Positions 44,459 to 54,307 of a stretch of DNA of 64,000 bases are shown in pieces (position 1 is the first letter of the stretch; each line of letters starts with the position of its first letter). The position numbers and the translations under genes were made by a program. Origin of the DNA: an uncultured bacterium (GTDB taxonomy: Bacteria > Hydrothermota > E44-bin80); NCBI GenBank assembly GCA_964392665.1, contig CAYMQB010000003.1:21176-85175 (forward strand), given 5' to 3'. Under the pieces are notes generated by a model. It did not search any database, had not been told where the DNA came from, and saw nothing but the letters and a program-made list of their open reading frames with translations.

Positions 44459-45556
44459 CTATATGCGGTATTCCGTATATCTGTGGTATGCAGAGCAAGT
44501 GCCTTCGGAGGAGACCATACAGGGTCCAACGGGATTTTCTGGTGTGCAAACAGTCTCGTAGAGGGGACAATCAGGCGGTTCACTCACACCCTTAAGAATC
44601 TTGCCACAAATACAATCCGGATGTTCTCTGGTCTCTTCTATCTGTAACACAATATTTTTTTCGACATCGAAAATTTCATAGCGATTTCTTATTTCAAGCC
44701 CACTGCGCTGGATAATTCCTAAGCCTCTCCATTCTGCATCAGACGGTTCAAAAATTTCTGCAAGGAGTTGTTTTGCTGCAGGATTTCCCTCTTTTCTCAC
44801 CGTCCTTGTGTATTGGTTTTCTACAGTTGGATTTCCATTTTTTATCTGTTTTAGCAGCATCAGTGTTGCCTGAAGTATGTCAACAGGCTCGAAACCGGTT
44901 ACAACACAACCTATTCCATAATTCTCAGGGATAAATTCGTATATACCTGTTCCTGTAATTGTAGATACATGTCCGGGAAGAAAAAAGCCATCTATCGTTA
45001 TTTCTTCACTATCCACAAGTGTTTTTAATGCGGGCGGCATCACTTTGTGCATACTTAACACATAATAATTTCTCAATCCATTATCCTTTGCATCCTTGAT
45101 AGAGGCTGCAATTGTAGGTACCGTTGTCTCGAAACCAATACCAAGAAAAATTATCTTCTTATCAGGATTTGCCTTAGCTATTTCCAATGCATCCGTTGGA
45201 GAATAAACAACCCTTATATCACTACCATTGACTTTCTCCGCAAGAAGAGAAGATGATGAACCGGGAACCCTTATCATATCACCGAAAGTAGTAATAATGG
45301 TATTCTCTGTTCTGCAACAGGCAATAGCCTTATCGATATCAGCATTGGAAGTCACACAAACGGGGCATCCGGGACCGGATAGGAATTTAATGTTTCTTGG
45401 CAGAAGTGTCTTCAATCCATATCGAGCTATTGCCATTGTATGCGTGCCACATACTTCCATCAAGGTAATTTCACGTTCCTCATCGAGGATATTGCGAATT
45501 TTCATTGCAAGCTTTTCGCAAAATTTCTTATCCCGAAATTCATCTATATATTTCAT
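44459..45556 (-). CDS. hypD: hydrogenase maturation factor
   Basis: CGTH, GPGCPVCV and FxPxHVS motifs. 365 aa. Confidence 0.9.
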   Translation of the reverse strand: MKYIDEFRDKKFCEKLAMKIRNILDEEREITLMEVCGTHTMAIARYGLKTLLPRNIKFLSGPGCPVCVTSNADIDKAIACCRTENTIITTFGDMIRVPGSSSSLLAEKVNGSDIRVVYSPTDALEIAKANPDKKIIFLGIGFETTVPTIAASIKDAKDNGLRNYYVLSMHKVMPPALKTLVDSEEITIDGFFLPGHVSTITGTGIYEFIPENYGIGCVVTGFEPVDILQATLMLLKQIKNGNPTVENQYTRTVRKEGNPAAKQLLAEIFEPSDAEWRGLGIIQRSGLEIRNRYEIFDVEKNIVLQIEETREHPDCICGKILKGVSEPPDCPLYETVCTPENPVGPCMVSSEGTCSAYHRYTEYRI

Positions 45557-45632
45557 AATAGAAAGGAAAATCTTCAGTCAATCCTCTATGTAAGACGAGC
45601 ATTTGTTGCATACTTAATCGGTTAAACGGTTT

Positions 45633-45863
45633 CTACCGAGTTTTTGGAGTGTCATTTAACATTTCGCTGAGTAGAGAAAGCGTTTCATGTGCTGCCTTTT
45701 CATCGAGTTTCTGTATGGCAAAACCCGCATGGAGAATGACGTAATCGCTTTCTTGCACGTCTTCAATAAACCTTAGGTCCACCTCCCGCTTTACGCCACC
45801 AATCTCTCCTATTCCCCGAGTTCCCTTTTTCTCTATTATTTTAACTGGTATACCTAAGCACAT
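45633..45863 (-). CDS. hypC: hydrogenase assembly chaperone
   Basis: N-terminal MCLGIP. 76 aa. Confidence 0.85.
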   Translation of the reverse strand: MCLGIPVKIIEKKGTRGIGEIGGVKREVDLRFIEDVQESDYVILHAGFAIQKLDEKAAHETLSLLSEMLNDTPKTR

Positions 45864-45870
45864 AATAAAT

Positions 45871-48183
45871 TTAAGATTCTAAGGATTTGTGAGTTATAGA
45901 ACTAACTCTATAACCTGCGATGACTGCCTGACCCAAAGCAATACCTCCATCGTTTGTTGGCACCCGGTGTTGGGTAAAAGTATTAAACCCCTTTTTGTCA
46001 AGCCCTTTTATTGCTTTTCTCAATAAGAACATATTCTGGAATACACCTCCGGTCAGCACCACGCTATTCAGACCAGTTGTTTTTCTTATCCTATCACAGA
46101 TATCGACAATTATTCCAGCAATTGCGGTGTGAAACCTTAAAGAAATAATACTGGCTGGCAAACGGTGAATGATATCTTCTACTATTCCACTAATAATGCA
46201 TGCTGGTTCTATAATGAATATTCCATTTATCTCTTTGACTGTATATCCATAACTATGTCCCGTGTCCTCTGTTGTACCTGGTGATTCGATTGCCATCTCC
46301 AACTCGATGGCAGCTTGTCCCTGGTAGTTAATGCGGTCACAAATGCCCAGAAGTGATGAAACGGCATCGAATAGCCTTCCAACACTTGAAGTAAGAGGGG
46401 AATTGATGTTGAGACAGATAATTTTTGTCACCAACTCCAAACTCTTTTTATTCAATTTAGTTAAACATGCTATCTTAATTTTGTCAAAATCTTTTCCGTA
46501 AGTCTGATATAGGTAAGAGATCGCCATTCTCCAGGGTTCGTCTATTGCTTTAGTCCCGCCGGGCATAGGAATGTTTTGAAAATGAGCCATGCGCTGGAAG
46601 TTATTGAAATCTGCGGTGAAAAATTCACCACCCCATAGATTACCATCTGTTCCGTAACCCAGTCCATCAAAAGCGATGCCTATCACCTTTTCATCTATAC
46701 AATTATCCACCATACAGGAAACAATATGTGCATGATGATGTTGTATAGGAACGCCGATCAAATTATGATTGTTTTTAAGCAGCTGCTTTGCGTACTTTGT
46801 GGAAAGGTACTCGGGATGTAAATCATAAGCAATTATCTGTGGTTCTATAGAGAACAGTTTTTTGAAATGCTCTATACCCTCTTCGAATGCTTCAAGGGTC
46901 TCTAAATTCTCCAGGTCACCAATATAATGACTCATAAAAGCGTAATTGTCCCTTGTTAAACAGAAAGTGCTACTTAGCTGTGCCCCGCAGGAAAGAATCT
47001 GTTTCTTATAAGGGAATTCAACTGGCTCAGGTACGTAGCCTCGCGACCTTCTAACAAGCATTTCTGAACCATTGAAAATCCTTGTGACGGAATCGTCACA
47101 TCTCGTGTGAATCTTACGATTATGAACAAGAAAATAATCGGCAACATCTCCAAGTTGCTCCAATGCCTTACAATTGCTATAAACTATAGGTTCGTTGCTG
47201 AAATTGCCCGATGTCATCACAAGAGCGGAGAGGGAGGAAAACAAAAGATGGTGAATAGGTGTGTAAGGAAGCATCATGCCCAGATATTTCTGCTGGGGAG
47301 CGACTGCGGCAGCAATGAGATTTGGTTCTATTTTTTCTAAAAGCACTATGGGTTTTCTATTGGAAATAAGCAATTTTTGCTCAAGTTCATTAACCTTACA
47401 AAATGTTTTGATGCTTTGAATATCCTTTGCCATCAAGGCAAATGGTTTTTCTTCTCTCCGTTTCCCTCTCCTCAACTTTGCAACAACTTCCTGGTTCCTT
47501 GCATCGCAAGCAAGATGAAATCCTCCCAAACCTTTAATGGCAACAATTTTACCCATCCTTAGAAATTCACAAGTACGAATGATAGAGCTTTTTGTTGCTA
47601 TTTCCTTACCCGATTTGTCCAGTAAGGCTAGATGGGGTCCGCATTCAGAGCAACAGTTTGGCTGGGCATGAAATCTTCTGTTGAAGGGATTATCATACTC
47701 GTTCTGGCATTCGCGACACATAGGGAATTTTGCCATTGTCGTTTTTCCCCTATCGTAAGGGATGTTTTCAATAATCGTGAATCTTGGTCCGCAGTTGGTG
47801 CAGTTGAGAAAGGGATAACCATATTTGCGGTTTTCTGGGTCGAATAACTCATCCAAGCAGTCATCACAGGTAGCGATATCCGGGGATATGAGAACGAATT
47901 TCTCTTTTTTGGAGGCACTAGGCTTAATTGCAAATTTCTTGTAGCCTGTGACAGGGAGTTCTCTAACGAGTATTTGCTCTATTATCGAAAGAGGAGGCAC
48001 CTGGTTTTTAATATCTAATAGAAATTCATCTATGAATACCTTACTGCCTTCTACTTCTACCATCACACCTTCCGTATCATTCAAGACAAAACCGTTTAAA
48101 CCATATCTATTTGCCAGCGAATAGATGAAAGGTCGGAATCCAACTCCCTGAACAATCCCTTTTATTCTTATTTGCTTTCTTTT
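45871..48183 (-). CDS. hypF: [NiFe] hydrogenase maturation carbamoyltransferase
   Basis: Acylphosphatase VQGVGFRPF, two Zn-finger pairs (CDDCLDE...CTNCGPRF and CRECQNE...CSECGP), then YrdC-like and Kae1/carbamoyltransferase domains. Start chosen at MKRKQIRIKG (48183). The ORF-track ATG at 48243 is also possible. Confidence 0.85.
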   Translation of the reverse strand, partial: KRKQIRIKGIVQGVGFRPFIYSLANRYGLNGFVLNDTEGVMVEVEGSKVFIDEFLLDIKNQVPPLSIIEQILVRELPVTGYKKFAIKPSASKKEKFVLISPDIATCDDCLDELFDPENRKYGYPFLNCTNCGPRFTIIENIPYDRGKTTMAKFPMCRECQNEYDNPFNRRFHAQPNCCSECGPHLALLDKSGKEIATKSSIIRTCEFLRMGKIVAIKGLGGFHLACDARNQEVVAKLRRGKRREEKPFALMAKDIQSIKTFCKVNELEQKLLISNRKPIVLLEKIEPNLIAAAVAPQQKYLGMMLPYTPIHHLLFSSLSALVMTSGNFSNEPIVYSNCKALEQLGDVADYFLVHNRKIHTRCDDSVTRIFNGSEMLVRRSRGYVPEPVEFPYKKQILSCGAQLSSTFCLTRDNYAFMSHYIGDLENLETLEAFEEGIEHFKKLFSIEPQIIAYDLHPEYLSTKYAKQLLKNNHNLIGVPIQHHHAHIVSCMVDNCIDEKVIGIAFDGLGYGTDGNLWGGEFFTADFNNFQRMAHFQNIPMPGGTKAIDEPWRMAISYLYQTYGKDFDKIKIACLTKLNKKSLELVTKIICLNINSPLTSSVGRLFDAVSSLLGICDRINYQGQAAIELEMAIESPGTTEDTGHSYGYTVKEINGIFIIEPACIISGIVEDIIHRLPASIISLRFHTAIAGIIVDICDRIRKTTGLNSVVLTGGVFQNMFLLRKAIKGLDKKGFNTFTQHRVPTNDGGIALGQAVIAGYRVSSITHKSLES

Positions 48184-48199
48184 CATTTTAATCGTTGTC

Positions 48200-48228
48200 A
48201 TTATAGTATAATACAGGAGAATTTGCAA
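48200..48228 (-). promoter_or_regulatory. candidate sigma-70 promoter TTGCAA-17-TATAAT immediately upstream of hypF (or inside its N-terminal extension)
   Basis: Minus strand: TTGCAA at 48223..48228, 17-nt spacer, TATAAT at 48200..48205. It leaves only a ~10-nt leader to ATG 48183, and the hypF start is ambiguous. Confidence 0.25.
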
Positions 48229-48301
48229 GTCATTTTTCGCCATCAGGCATTGAGATAATTCTTATACTGGTTGGTGCTTGATGTTCTCTTTTTTTCTTCG
48301 A

Positions 48302-48628
48302 TTATGCTGTTGTTTTTCTGGCTTTTGCTACAGCTACTATTATACCCCAGACTGCAAAAGTAACTGCAGTAATTGTAATTCCTAATGCTATGTCTTTGAC
48401 GGGATTCTTGCCTATTAAGAATAGTTCTCCATTCCAGAGATGGTCTATTAGACCGAAAATAGCAGCACCAAAGAGTAAAAGTTTAAGCCAGGTAATATCG
48501 GGTCTGTTAGGTTTTCTTATGAAAGATACTATTATGGCGGTTATGGTGGGGATTGTGTAACACAAACCAAACCCTAGAAAAGTTGCTGTAAACAAAGTAT
48601 TAATAGGTACATTGGTTATTACGAACAT
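48302..48628 (-). CDS. small hypothetical membrane protein (3 TM) between the hdr/mvh operon and hyp genes
   Basis: 108 aa with three hydrophobic helices and no recognisable motif. Confidence 0.4.
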   Translation of the reverse strand: MFVITNVPINTLFTATFLGFGLCYTIPTITAIIVSFIRKPNRPDITWLKLLLFGAAIFGLIDHLWNGELFLIGKNPVKDIALGITITAVTFAVWGIIVAVAKARKTTA

Positions 48629-48683
48629 TTATATTACCTCCTTTAAGAAAGATTTGATTTTTTAATTGAGTCATACTATTGAT

Positions 48684-49550
48684 TTAAGTTGCCAATAGCG
48701 CTTTTGGTTTAATAGTGTTCATATTAAACCCCAATTCCTTTGGTGCGAAACCTAAAGCAAGCCCAAGTATTTGAGAGTAATACAGAACCGGTATATTATA
48801 TTCCTGTTGGAATATTCTCTCCATCTTTTTCTGGTTTTGCTCATACATAACATCACAGAACGGACAGAGTAAGATTATAGCATCGGCACCCTCCTTTTTT
48901 ACGTAGTTAAGTTTCTTATTTGCAATTGCCAAGGATGTTTCTTCGTCTATACCCAAAATACCACCGCCACAGCAAGATAGATTCTCCTCATAATTAATGG
49001 ACTTCGCCCCTGTTACATTAATTAATTCACAAAGGCTCTTTGGATTTTCCGGTTCATCGAATTTATTAAAGGACTCCGAGGGTTTGAGATAGTGACATCC
49101 GTAGTGAGCAGCAAACCTAAAACCTTTAAGTTTTTTCTTTATCTTCTTTTTTATTGTGTTTACACCAATATCTTCGTATAGAATCCTGGCAAAGTGCTTA
49201 ACATCTATTGTTCCTTTGAACTCAACACCAAAATCGTTTAGTTTCTTGTTTATTTCCAGCCTTAATACCTCATCCTGTTTAAGCCTATGGTTGGTTTCGG
49301 TAAGAATACCTGTGCAGGCTGCACACATTGTCATCATATCTAATCCCTGAGCTTCTGCAATCGCTATATTGAAAGCAGAAAATAGAAAGGCTGCATTGCT
49401 GTCCACAGCTTTTAAGGGAAAGCCGCAGCAGAGATATCTGTCATTATAGTATAGTTTTATCCCCAAAGTTTCACATACTTTTCTTGCAGAGATTTCGTAA
49501 TTCTGTCCTCTAACCGGCAAAGTGCATCCAAGAAATAGTGAGTACTTCAT
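48684..49550 (-). CDS. heterodisulfide reductase subunit B-like (two CCG domains)
   Basis: Two Cys-rich CCG repeats (RYLCCGFPLKA and NLSCCGGGILG) plus CPFC. 288 aa. Confidence 0.8.
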   Translation of the reverse strand: MKYSLFLGCTLPVRGQNYEISARKVCETLGIKLYYNDRYLCCGFPLKAVDSNAAFLFSAFNIAIAEAQGLDMMTMCAACTGILTETNHRLKQDEVLRLEINKKLNDFGVEFKGTIDVKHFARILYEDIGVNTIKKKIKKKLKGFRFAAHYGCHYLKPSESFNKFDEPENPKSLCELINVTGAKSINYEENLSCCGGGILGIDEETSLAIANKKLNYVKKEGADAIILLCPFCDVMYEQNQKKMERIFQQEYNIPVLYYSQILGLALGFAPKELGFNMNTIKPKALLAT

Positions 49551-49559
49551 TTCTTCTCC

Positions 49560-50054
49560 TTATTGATTTTTTATGTAATTATAGATGTTTGCCAAGCCGA
49601 GCAATTTCCTTGTAGCTAGAACATTCTGAGATATCGGAGGTAGACCTCGCTGTTCCCTTTTTTTGTTCGTAAAATCTTCTATCTCATAGAGTCCACCGTA
49701 GTTGTGAAGTGCAGCAATCTGAGCTTCGTAGGATGGGTGCATGTATCCTTGTTTCACCGCAATATTCTTCAAGACAGCCATGAGGTCGGTTAAACATACA
49801 CCTTGAGGGCAGCGCTCCTGACAGGCATAACAACCTGTACATAGCCAGAGAAAAGAACTGGATAGAACTTCCTCTTTCATTCCCAAAACAGTCATCCTAA
49901 TAATTCTTCTTGGATTGAAATGTTCATTAACTTCCCTTATGGGACAGGATGCGGTGCAGGTTCCACAGGCAAAACAGTTTGTAAGGTGTTCTCCTCCAGG
50001 TTCTTTCATCACTTCATACTTGAATTGTGAATCAAGCTCTTCTACCTTTATCAT
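49560..50054 (-). CDS. heterodisulfide reductase subunit C-like 2x[4Fe-4S] ferredoxin
   Basis: CFACGTCTASCP and CTGCYACQERCP motifs. 164 aa. Confidence 0.75.
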   Translation of the reverse strand: MIKVEELDSQFKYEVMKEPGGEHLTNCFACGTCTASCPIREVNEHFNPRRIIRMTVLGMKEEVLSSSFLWLCTGCYACQERCPQGVCLTDLMAVLKNIAVKQGYMHPSYEAQIAALHNYGGLYEIEDFTNKKREQRGLPPISQNVLATRKLLGLANIYNYIKNQ

Positions 50055-50066
50055 CTTTCACCTCCA

Positions 50067-51530
50067 TCAAATATTCCTAGTTACCGTTTTATGAATTTTA
50101 CCAAGTGAATCATAAATTCTGACTTGCAAAGGCATATGACCTGGCAGGGAGTGGGTGGCACAGGCAAAACATGGGTCGTAAGCTCTGAAAGCCATTTCCA
50201 CCATATTCAGCAATCCATCGGAAACATTACCTTTCTTGATCAGTCCTTTTGCTGCCTTTTCTATGGACATACATATAGCGGCTGCATTATTAACGGTAGC
50301 TACTATCAAGTTACATTCGGTTATTTTACCTCTTTTATCCGTTTTGTAATGGTGGAAAAGTGTACCTCTGGGTGCTTCAACAACACCTACTCCTTCCTTT
50401 GGCTCAATGGTAGGGAAATTTCTTATGTGAGGATCGGTGATTTCCGTATCTTCTGCAAGTTCCTTCATTCTCTCTGCAGCATATAAAGCCTCGACCAGTC
50501 TTGCCCAGTGATATGCGAGCGTATTATGGGCTGGTTTACCAAGCGTATCAAATAGTTTTTCATACTCTTCTTGAGCCAGGGGAGTTGCCATTCCAGTAGC
50601 AGCATTTAACCTTGCAAGTGGGGCAACTCTGAAGACACCACTCTTCTTACCATCGACAAAGCCTTTCCATCCAACATTTTTTAGATACGGAAACTTCATA
50701 TAACTCCACGGTTCTACATGTTCTTCGATATGGTCCAGGTAGTCCCGCGGTTTAAATTTCGCAAACTTCTTGCCAGAAGGGTCTACCACTCTTATGTCAC
50801 CATCATAAAAATTGACCCTGTTCTTATCATCAACAAGTCCCATATAATAGGTTTTGTGTTTGTATATATCACCAACAATGAGATTTAAGTATTCTTCATT
50901 TTTAAGGACTATATCTTCGAATGCCTTGAGTGCGAATTGTGCAAATTCAACGGTCTCTTCAGCAGTTTTAAGAATTTCCTTTCTCTCTTTTTCACTCACA
51001 CCTCTTGATATGCCGCCCGGTAAACCACAAACTGGATGTATAACCCTTCCACCAAGCAGTGTTATAATATCCCTGCACTTTTTTCGTATTCTAATTACTT
51101 TTTTGCCTGTCCGTAAACCCACCGTTGCGATAACTCCAAGGATATTTCTCAGTTCAGGGGATGCCTGTGGTCCGACTATGAAGTCTGGACCACCCAAAAA
51201 GAAAAAGTGGAGAATGTGGTCTTCGAACATAAAAGCAGAATAGATTAGCTCTCTTATTTTCTTAGCTGCAGTGGGAGGTACTACCTTATATAGGTCATCC
51301 AATGTTTTGGTTGAAGCCATATGATGTGCAGTAGGGCATACACCACATATTTTGGGTGTTATTCTTGGCATCTCTTCTGCAAGACGTCCGGTAGAAAATT
51401 TCTCGAAACCTCTCAGCTCGGGAACCTGAAAGAAAGCTTTTTCCACATCTCCAAAGTTATCCAAGAATATCTCAATTTTACCATGTCCCTCGAGTCTTGT
51501 TACTGGTTCTATTGTGACTTTCTTTCCCAT
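50067..51530 (-). CDS. [NiFe] hydrogenase large subunit, Mvh/F420-non-reducing type
   Basis: N-terminal RLEGHGKIE and RICGVC (L1 motif). C-terminal DPCFACATHSLPGH (L2 motif). Start set at MGKKVTIEP (51530), 1 nt after the small-subunit stop. Confidence 0.85.
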   Translation of the reverse strand: MGKKVTIEPVTRLEGHGKIEIFLDNFGDVEKAFFQVPELRGFEKFSTGRLAEEMPRITPKICGVCPTAHHMASTKTLDDLYKVVPPTAAKKIRELIYSAFMFEDHILHFFFLGGPDFIVGPQASPELRNILGVIATVGLRTGKKVIRIRKKCRDIITLLGGRVIHPVCGLPGGISRGVSEKERKEILKTAEETVEFAQFALKAFEDIVLKNEEYLNLIVGDIYKHKTYYMGLVDDKNRVNFYDGDIRVVDPSGKKFAKFKPRDYLDHIEEHVEPWSYMKFPYLKNVGWKGFVDGKKSGVFRVAPLARLNAATGMATPLAQEEYEKLFDTLGKPAHNTLAYHWARLVEALYAAERMKELAEDTEITDPHIRNFPTIEPKEGVGVVEAPRGTLFHHYKTDKRGKITECNLIVATVNNAAAICMSIEKAAKGLIKKGNVSDGLLNMVEMAFRAYDPCFACATHSLPGHMPLQVRIYDSLGKIHKTVTRNI

Positions 51531-51531
51531 C

Positions 51532-52500
51532 CTAAACCTCCTTCCTTTTTCGGTGTAACAGGGAAGACGGTAAACTATACATATAGGATTGACCAGCAAC
51601 ATCCTCCAGGCTGTCAAACAAGGTTTTTTCCTCTTGTTCTGTCCTTGCTTCAGCCAGAGAAGCTATAGCGGAGAGAATTTTATCTCCCTGGTCTACCGTT
51701 CCTTTAATAGGACCGAAACATCCCCTGCATGGCATATTTGCATTTATACACCTTTCACCACATCCGGATCTTGTTGCAGGACCGAGACAAAAAATACCTT
51801 GTTCAAGAAAACATTTACGAGGATCTGGTTGAACCATATGTATCCTCTGGAATTTTTTGATAGAGAGTTTCTGTGGTTTGTTCTCACCTCTTGGGCAAGT
51901 ATCACACAAGGATTTGTCTGGTGCAAAGACCGAGCACTTTTCAGGTAACTTATTCTCAAGGATCGACGTTAATGCACCCATAATAAGATCCGGTGGAGGT
52001 GCACAACCAGGCAAGTAATAGTCAACATCCACAACCTGATCCAGGGTTTTCACCGTGTCATAGAATTCTGGCAAGGTAAGTTCATAACCATCAACATTGA
52101 CATTGGTTTTTGGAATAACTCCTTCCGGGTTTTGGACTGAAGGAAGCGATTTGTAGACAGTATTGAATATCTGTTCAGCATCCCAGAAGTTTGCAAGACC
52201 AGGAATGCCGCCTAAATGTGCACAGCTTCCAAAGGCAACGACGAGTTTGGATTTTCTTCTGAGAAGTTTCGTTATATTCTCTTGTTCCTGTGTCCTGATG
52301 GCTCCGTTTATGAAACTTACAGCAATTTCCCCGTCTTTCATAGTCTCAATATGCTTATATTTGAAATCCAATGCAACTGGCCAGAGAACAATATCAACTG
52401 CCTCTACGACTTTCAAGATATCCAGACCCAGATCCACGACGGCTTCTTCACAGCCGCCACAGGATGCATTCCAGTAAAAAGCCACTTTTGGTTTTCTCAT
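51532..52500 (-). CDS. [NiFe] hydrogenase small subunit, Mvh type
   Basis: N-terminal CGGCEEAV proximal-cluster motif and distal Cys clusters (CxxC...C...C). No Tat signal, so a cytoplasmic Mvh-type enzyme. Confidence 0.85.
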   Translation of the reverse strand: MRKPKVAFYWNASCGGCEEAVVDLGLDILKVVEAVDIVLWPVALDFKYKHIETMKDGEIAVSFINGAIRTQEQENITKLLRRKSKLVVAFGSCAHLGGIPGLANFWDAEQIFNTVYKSLPSVQNPEGVIPKTNVNVDGYELTLPEFYDTVKTLDQVVDVDYYLPGCAPPPDLIMGALTSILENKLPEKCSVFAPDKSLCDTCPRGENKPQKLSIKKFQRIHMVQPDPRKCFLEQGIFCLGPATRSGCGERCINANMPCRGCFGPIKGTVDQGDKILSAIASLAEARTEQEEKTLFDSLEDVAGQSYMYSLPSSLLHRKRKEV

Positions 52501-54134
52501 TCTCGTTCTCCTCCTCTCATCTCTTCAAGAATACTTTTTATTCTGCCTGATTCTTTCTTCCCGAGCCATTCTATCCTTATCTTCTCCTTAGGTATGCCGA
52601 ACTGCTCGATTAAATTGGCTGTTACAGAAAGCCGCTTTCTCAATATGAAGTTGCCTTTATTATAGTGACAAGCATCCGGATAACACCCCGATATAAGAAT
52701 ATTCCTTGCGTGTTTCTGAAAGGTTTTTAGAATGAAACCAACACTAATCCTACCCGTGCAGGGAACTTTTATTACTTTCACATTTTTATATCCATTCCCT
52801 GCCCATTTTTCATAAGCGCCGTATGCACTCCATTTGCACAGAAAGGCAACCGTATCATCCTTTTTTACCTTCTCATCTATCTGGTGAAAGAGATCAGAAT
52901 CTGTGTAACCTTCCAGTGTATTTGCACCTGTTGGACAGGTAGCGGTACATATTCCGCAGCCCATGCACAGCGAGGGGATTACTTTTATCTTATCTTCTTC
53001 TTGCACTATTGCACAATAAGGACAGACATATAGACAAAGTTTGCAGTGGGTTTCGGAGCATATATCGGAATTTATTTCGGCAACGGGAGTTCTTATCGAG
53101 ATATCTTTTAGGGTATTAATGGCGGAAAGAGCAGTACTCCTCGCTTCAATTAGTGTCTCTGCTACATTTTTGGAATATGCCGCACAGCCGCAAACAAATA
53201 TCCCTTTTGGATTAGAGTCCACAGAAAGTAAGGAGTTTAAGTATGTTGTAGGGAATTTCCCTTTGTCCCCAGTATCCAATGGAATTCTCAACATCGAAAG
53301 TACTTTTTCATCACCCACATAACCATGACTCAATATGACGTAGTCTGCTCTAATTTTCAAGAGGTCTCCAAGAATTTCATCCTCTACCTTAACATACAAA
53401 TTCTTATTTAGTTCTTCTATGGCAGAAGGTCTTCCCCTTATGAAATTGACATTGTATATATCCTTAAGTGTGTTGAAAAAGCTTTCGAGATTCCCATAAC
53501 TGCGCATATCTATATAAGATACATAAACCTCGGTATAAGGATTTTTGTCTTTTATCAGTTTTGCTTCCTTAAGACCTATGAAACAGCAAACCCTGGAACA
53601 GTGAGGCAGATAATTTTTATCTCTTGAACCCGCGCAGTTAATTATCACCACGCTCTTTAAATCCACTGGATTTATCTCACCAGATGATACTTTTTCCTCG
53701 AACTCGATTGGTTTTAGTACCTTTTTGTATCTACCATAACCGTAAGCTTCAACTTTCTCTATCTCGTAATCCTTCAATCCCGTTGCCACGACAATGGCTC
53801 CGACTAAAATCTTTTTCTTCTTCCCTTTCTGCTTCAACTCAACCTGATAGTTTCCTATATCCCCATTTGCCGCAATCATCTCTGTTTCAGTGAATATTTC
53901 TATGTTTTTCTGTTTTTCAATCTCTTCTATTAAAGGTTGCAATGTATGGGCATCTGGCATTCCTTCCGGATATAACTGATTGAGTCTACAAACCATTCCG
54001 CCGAGGGCTGGTTCCTTTTCTATAAGATAGACATGGTAATCTGCATAGGCGACATTCCTTGCTACTTCTAAACCTGCCACTCCACCACCAATCACAAGTA
54101 ATCTTTTACTCTGTGGTTCAAACTCGATACTCAT
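52497..54134 (-). CDS. HdrA-like FAD/[4Fe-4S] flavoprotein with a fused C-terminal MvhD-like domain
   Basis: FAD motif VIGGGVAGLE, ferredoxin motifs CKLCLYVCPYC and CMGCGICTATCP. The C-terminal ~110 aa (CTGRISVGF...ISGCYPDACHYNKGNF) are homologous to the stand-alone MvhD proteins at 57770 and 59224. Confidence 0.8.
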   Translation of the reverse strand: MSIEFEPQSKRLLVIGGGVAGLEVARNVAYADYHVYLIEKEPALGGMVCRLNQLYPEGMPDAHTLQPLIEEIEKQKNIEIFTETEMIAANGDIGNYQVELKQKGKKKKILVGAIVVATGLKDYEIEKVEAYGYGRYKKVLKPIEFEEKVSSGEINPVDLKSVVIINCAGSRDKNYLPHCSRVCCFIGLKEAKLIKDKNPYTEVYVSYIDMRSYGNLESFFNTLKDIYNVNFIRGRPSAIEELNKNLYVKVEDEILGDLLKIRADYVILSHGYVGDEKVLSMLRIPLDTGDKGKFPTTYLNSLLSVDSNPKGIFVCGCAAYSKNVAETLIEARSTALSAINTLKDISIRTPVAEINSDICSETHCKLCLYVCPYCAIVQEEDKIKVIPSLCMGCGICTATCPTGANTLEGYTDSDLFHQIDEKVKKDDTVAFLCKWSAYGAYEKWAGNGYKNVKVIKVPCTGRISVGFILKTFQKHARNILISGCYPDACHYNKGNFILRKRLSVTANLIEQFGIPKEKIRIEWLGKKESGRIKSILEEMRGGERE

Positions 54135-54167
54135 ATAGCCCCCTTCGTTATATTCTATTTCCTACTA

Positions 54168-54196
54168 AATATATAGGAGATTAGTCGATTTGTCAA
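54168..54196 (-). promoter_or_regulatory. candidate sigma-70 promoter (TTGACA-17-TATATT) for the hdrA-mvhGA-hdrCB operon
   Basis: Minus strand: TTGACA at 54191..54196, TATATT at 54168..54173. SD AAGGGGG 5 nt before the hdrA ATG. Confidence 0.35.
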
Positions 54197-54202
54197 GTTT
54201 TT

Positions 54203-54220
54203 TTGTGAAAAAAATCACAA
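54203..54220. promoter_or_regulatory. Rex (NADH-sensing repressor) operator-like palindrome TTGTGAAAAAAATCACAA
   Basis: 18-bp inverted repeat matching the Rex consensus TTGTGAA-N4-TTCACAA at 13/14 half-site positions. 6 bp upstream of the predicted -35. Confidence 0.45.
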
Positions 54221-54307
54221 AGTGGTTAATTTTTTTATGGGGAAATACGTTTATTAGTTTTTTATATTATACTATTCAGAAATTATTGAGGTACTTTTTT
54301 AGTTCCT

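Noticed and set aside
48184-48243. Alternative upstream ATG (48243) for hypF, giving a 20-aa N-terminal extension
   Set aside because: The extension has no similarity to HypF acylphosphatase N-termini and contains a perfect TATAAT/TTGCAA promoter-like sequence. The downstream ATG is preferred, but it lacks an SD, so this stays uncertain.
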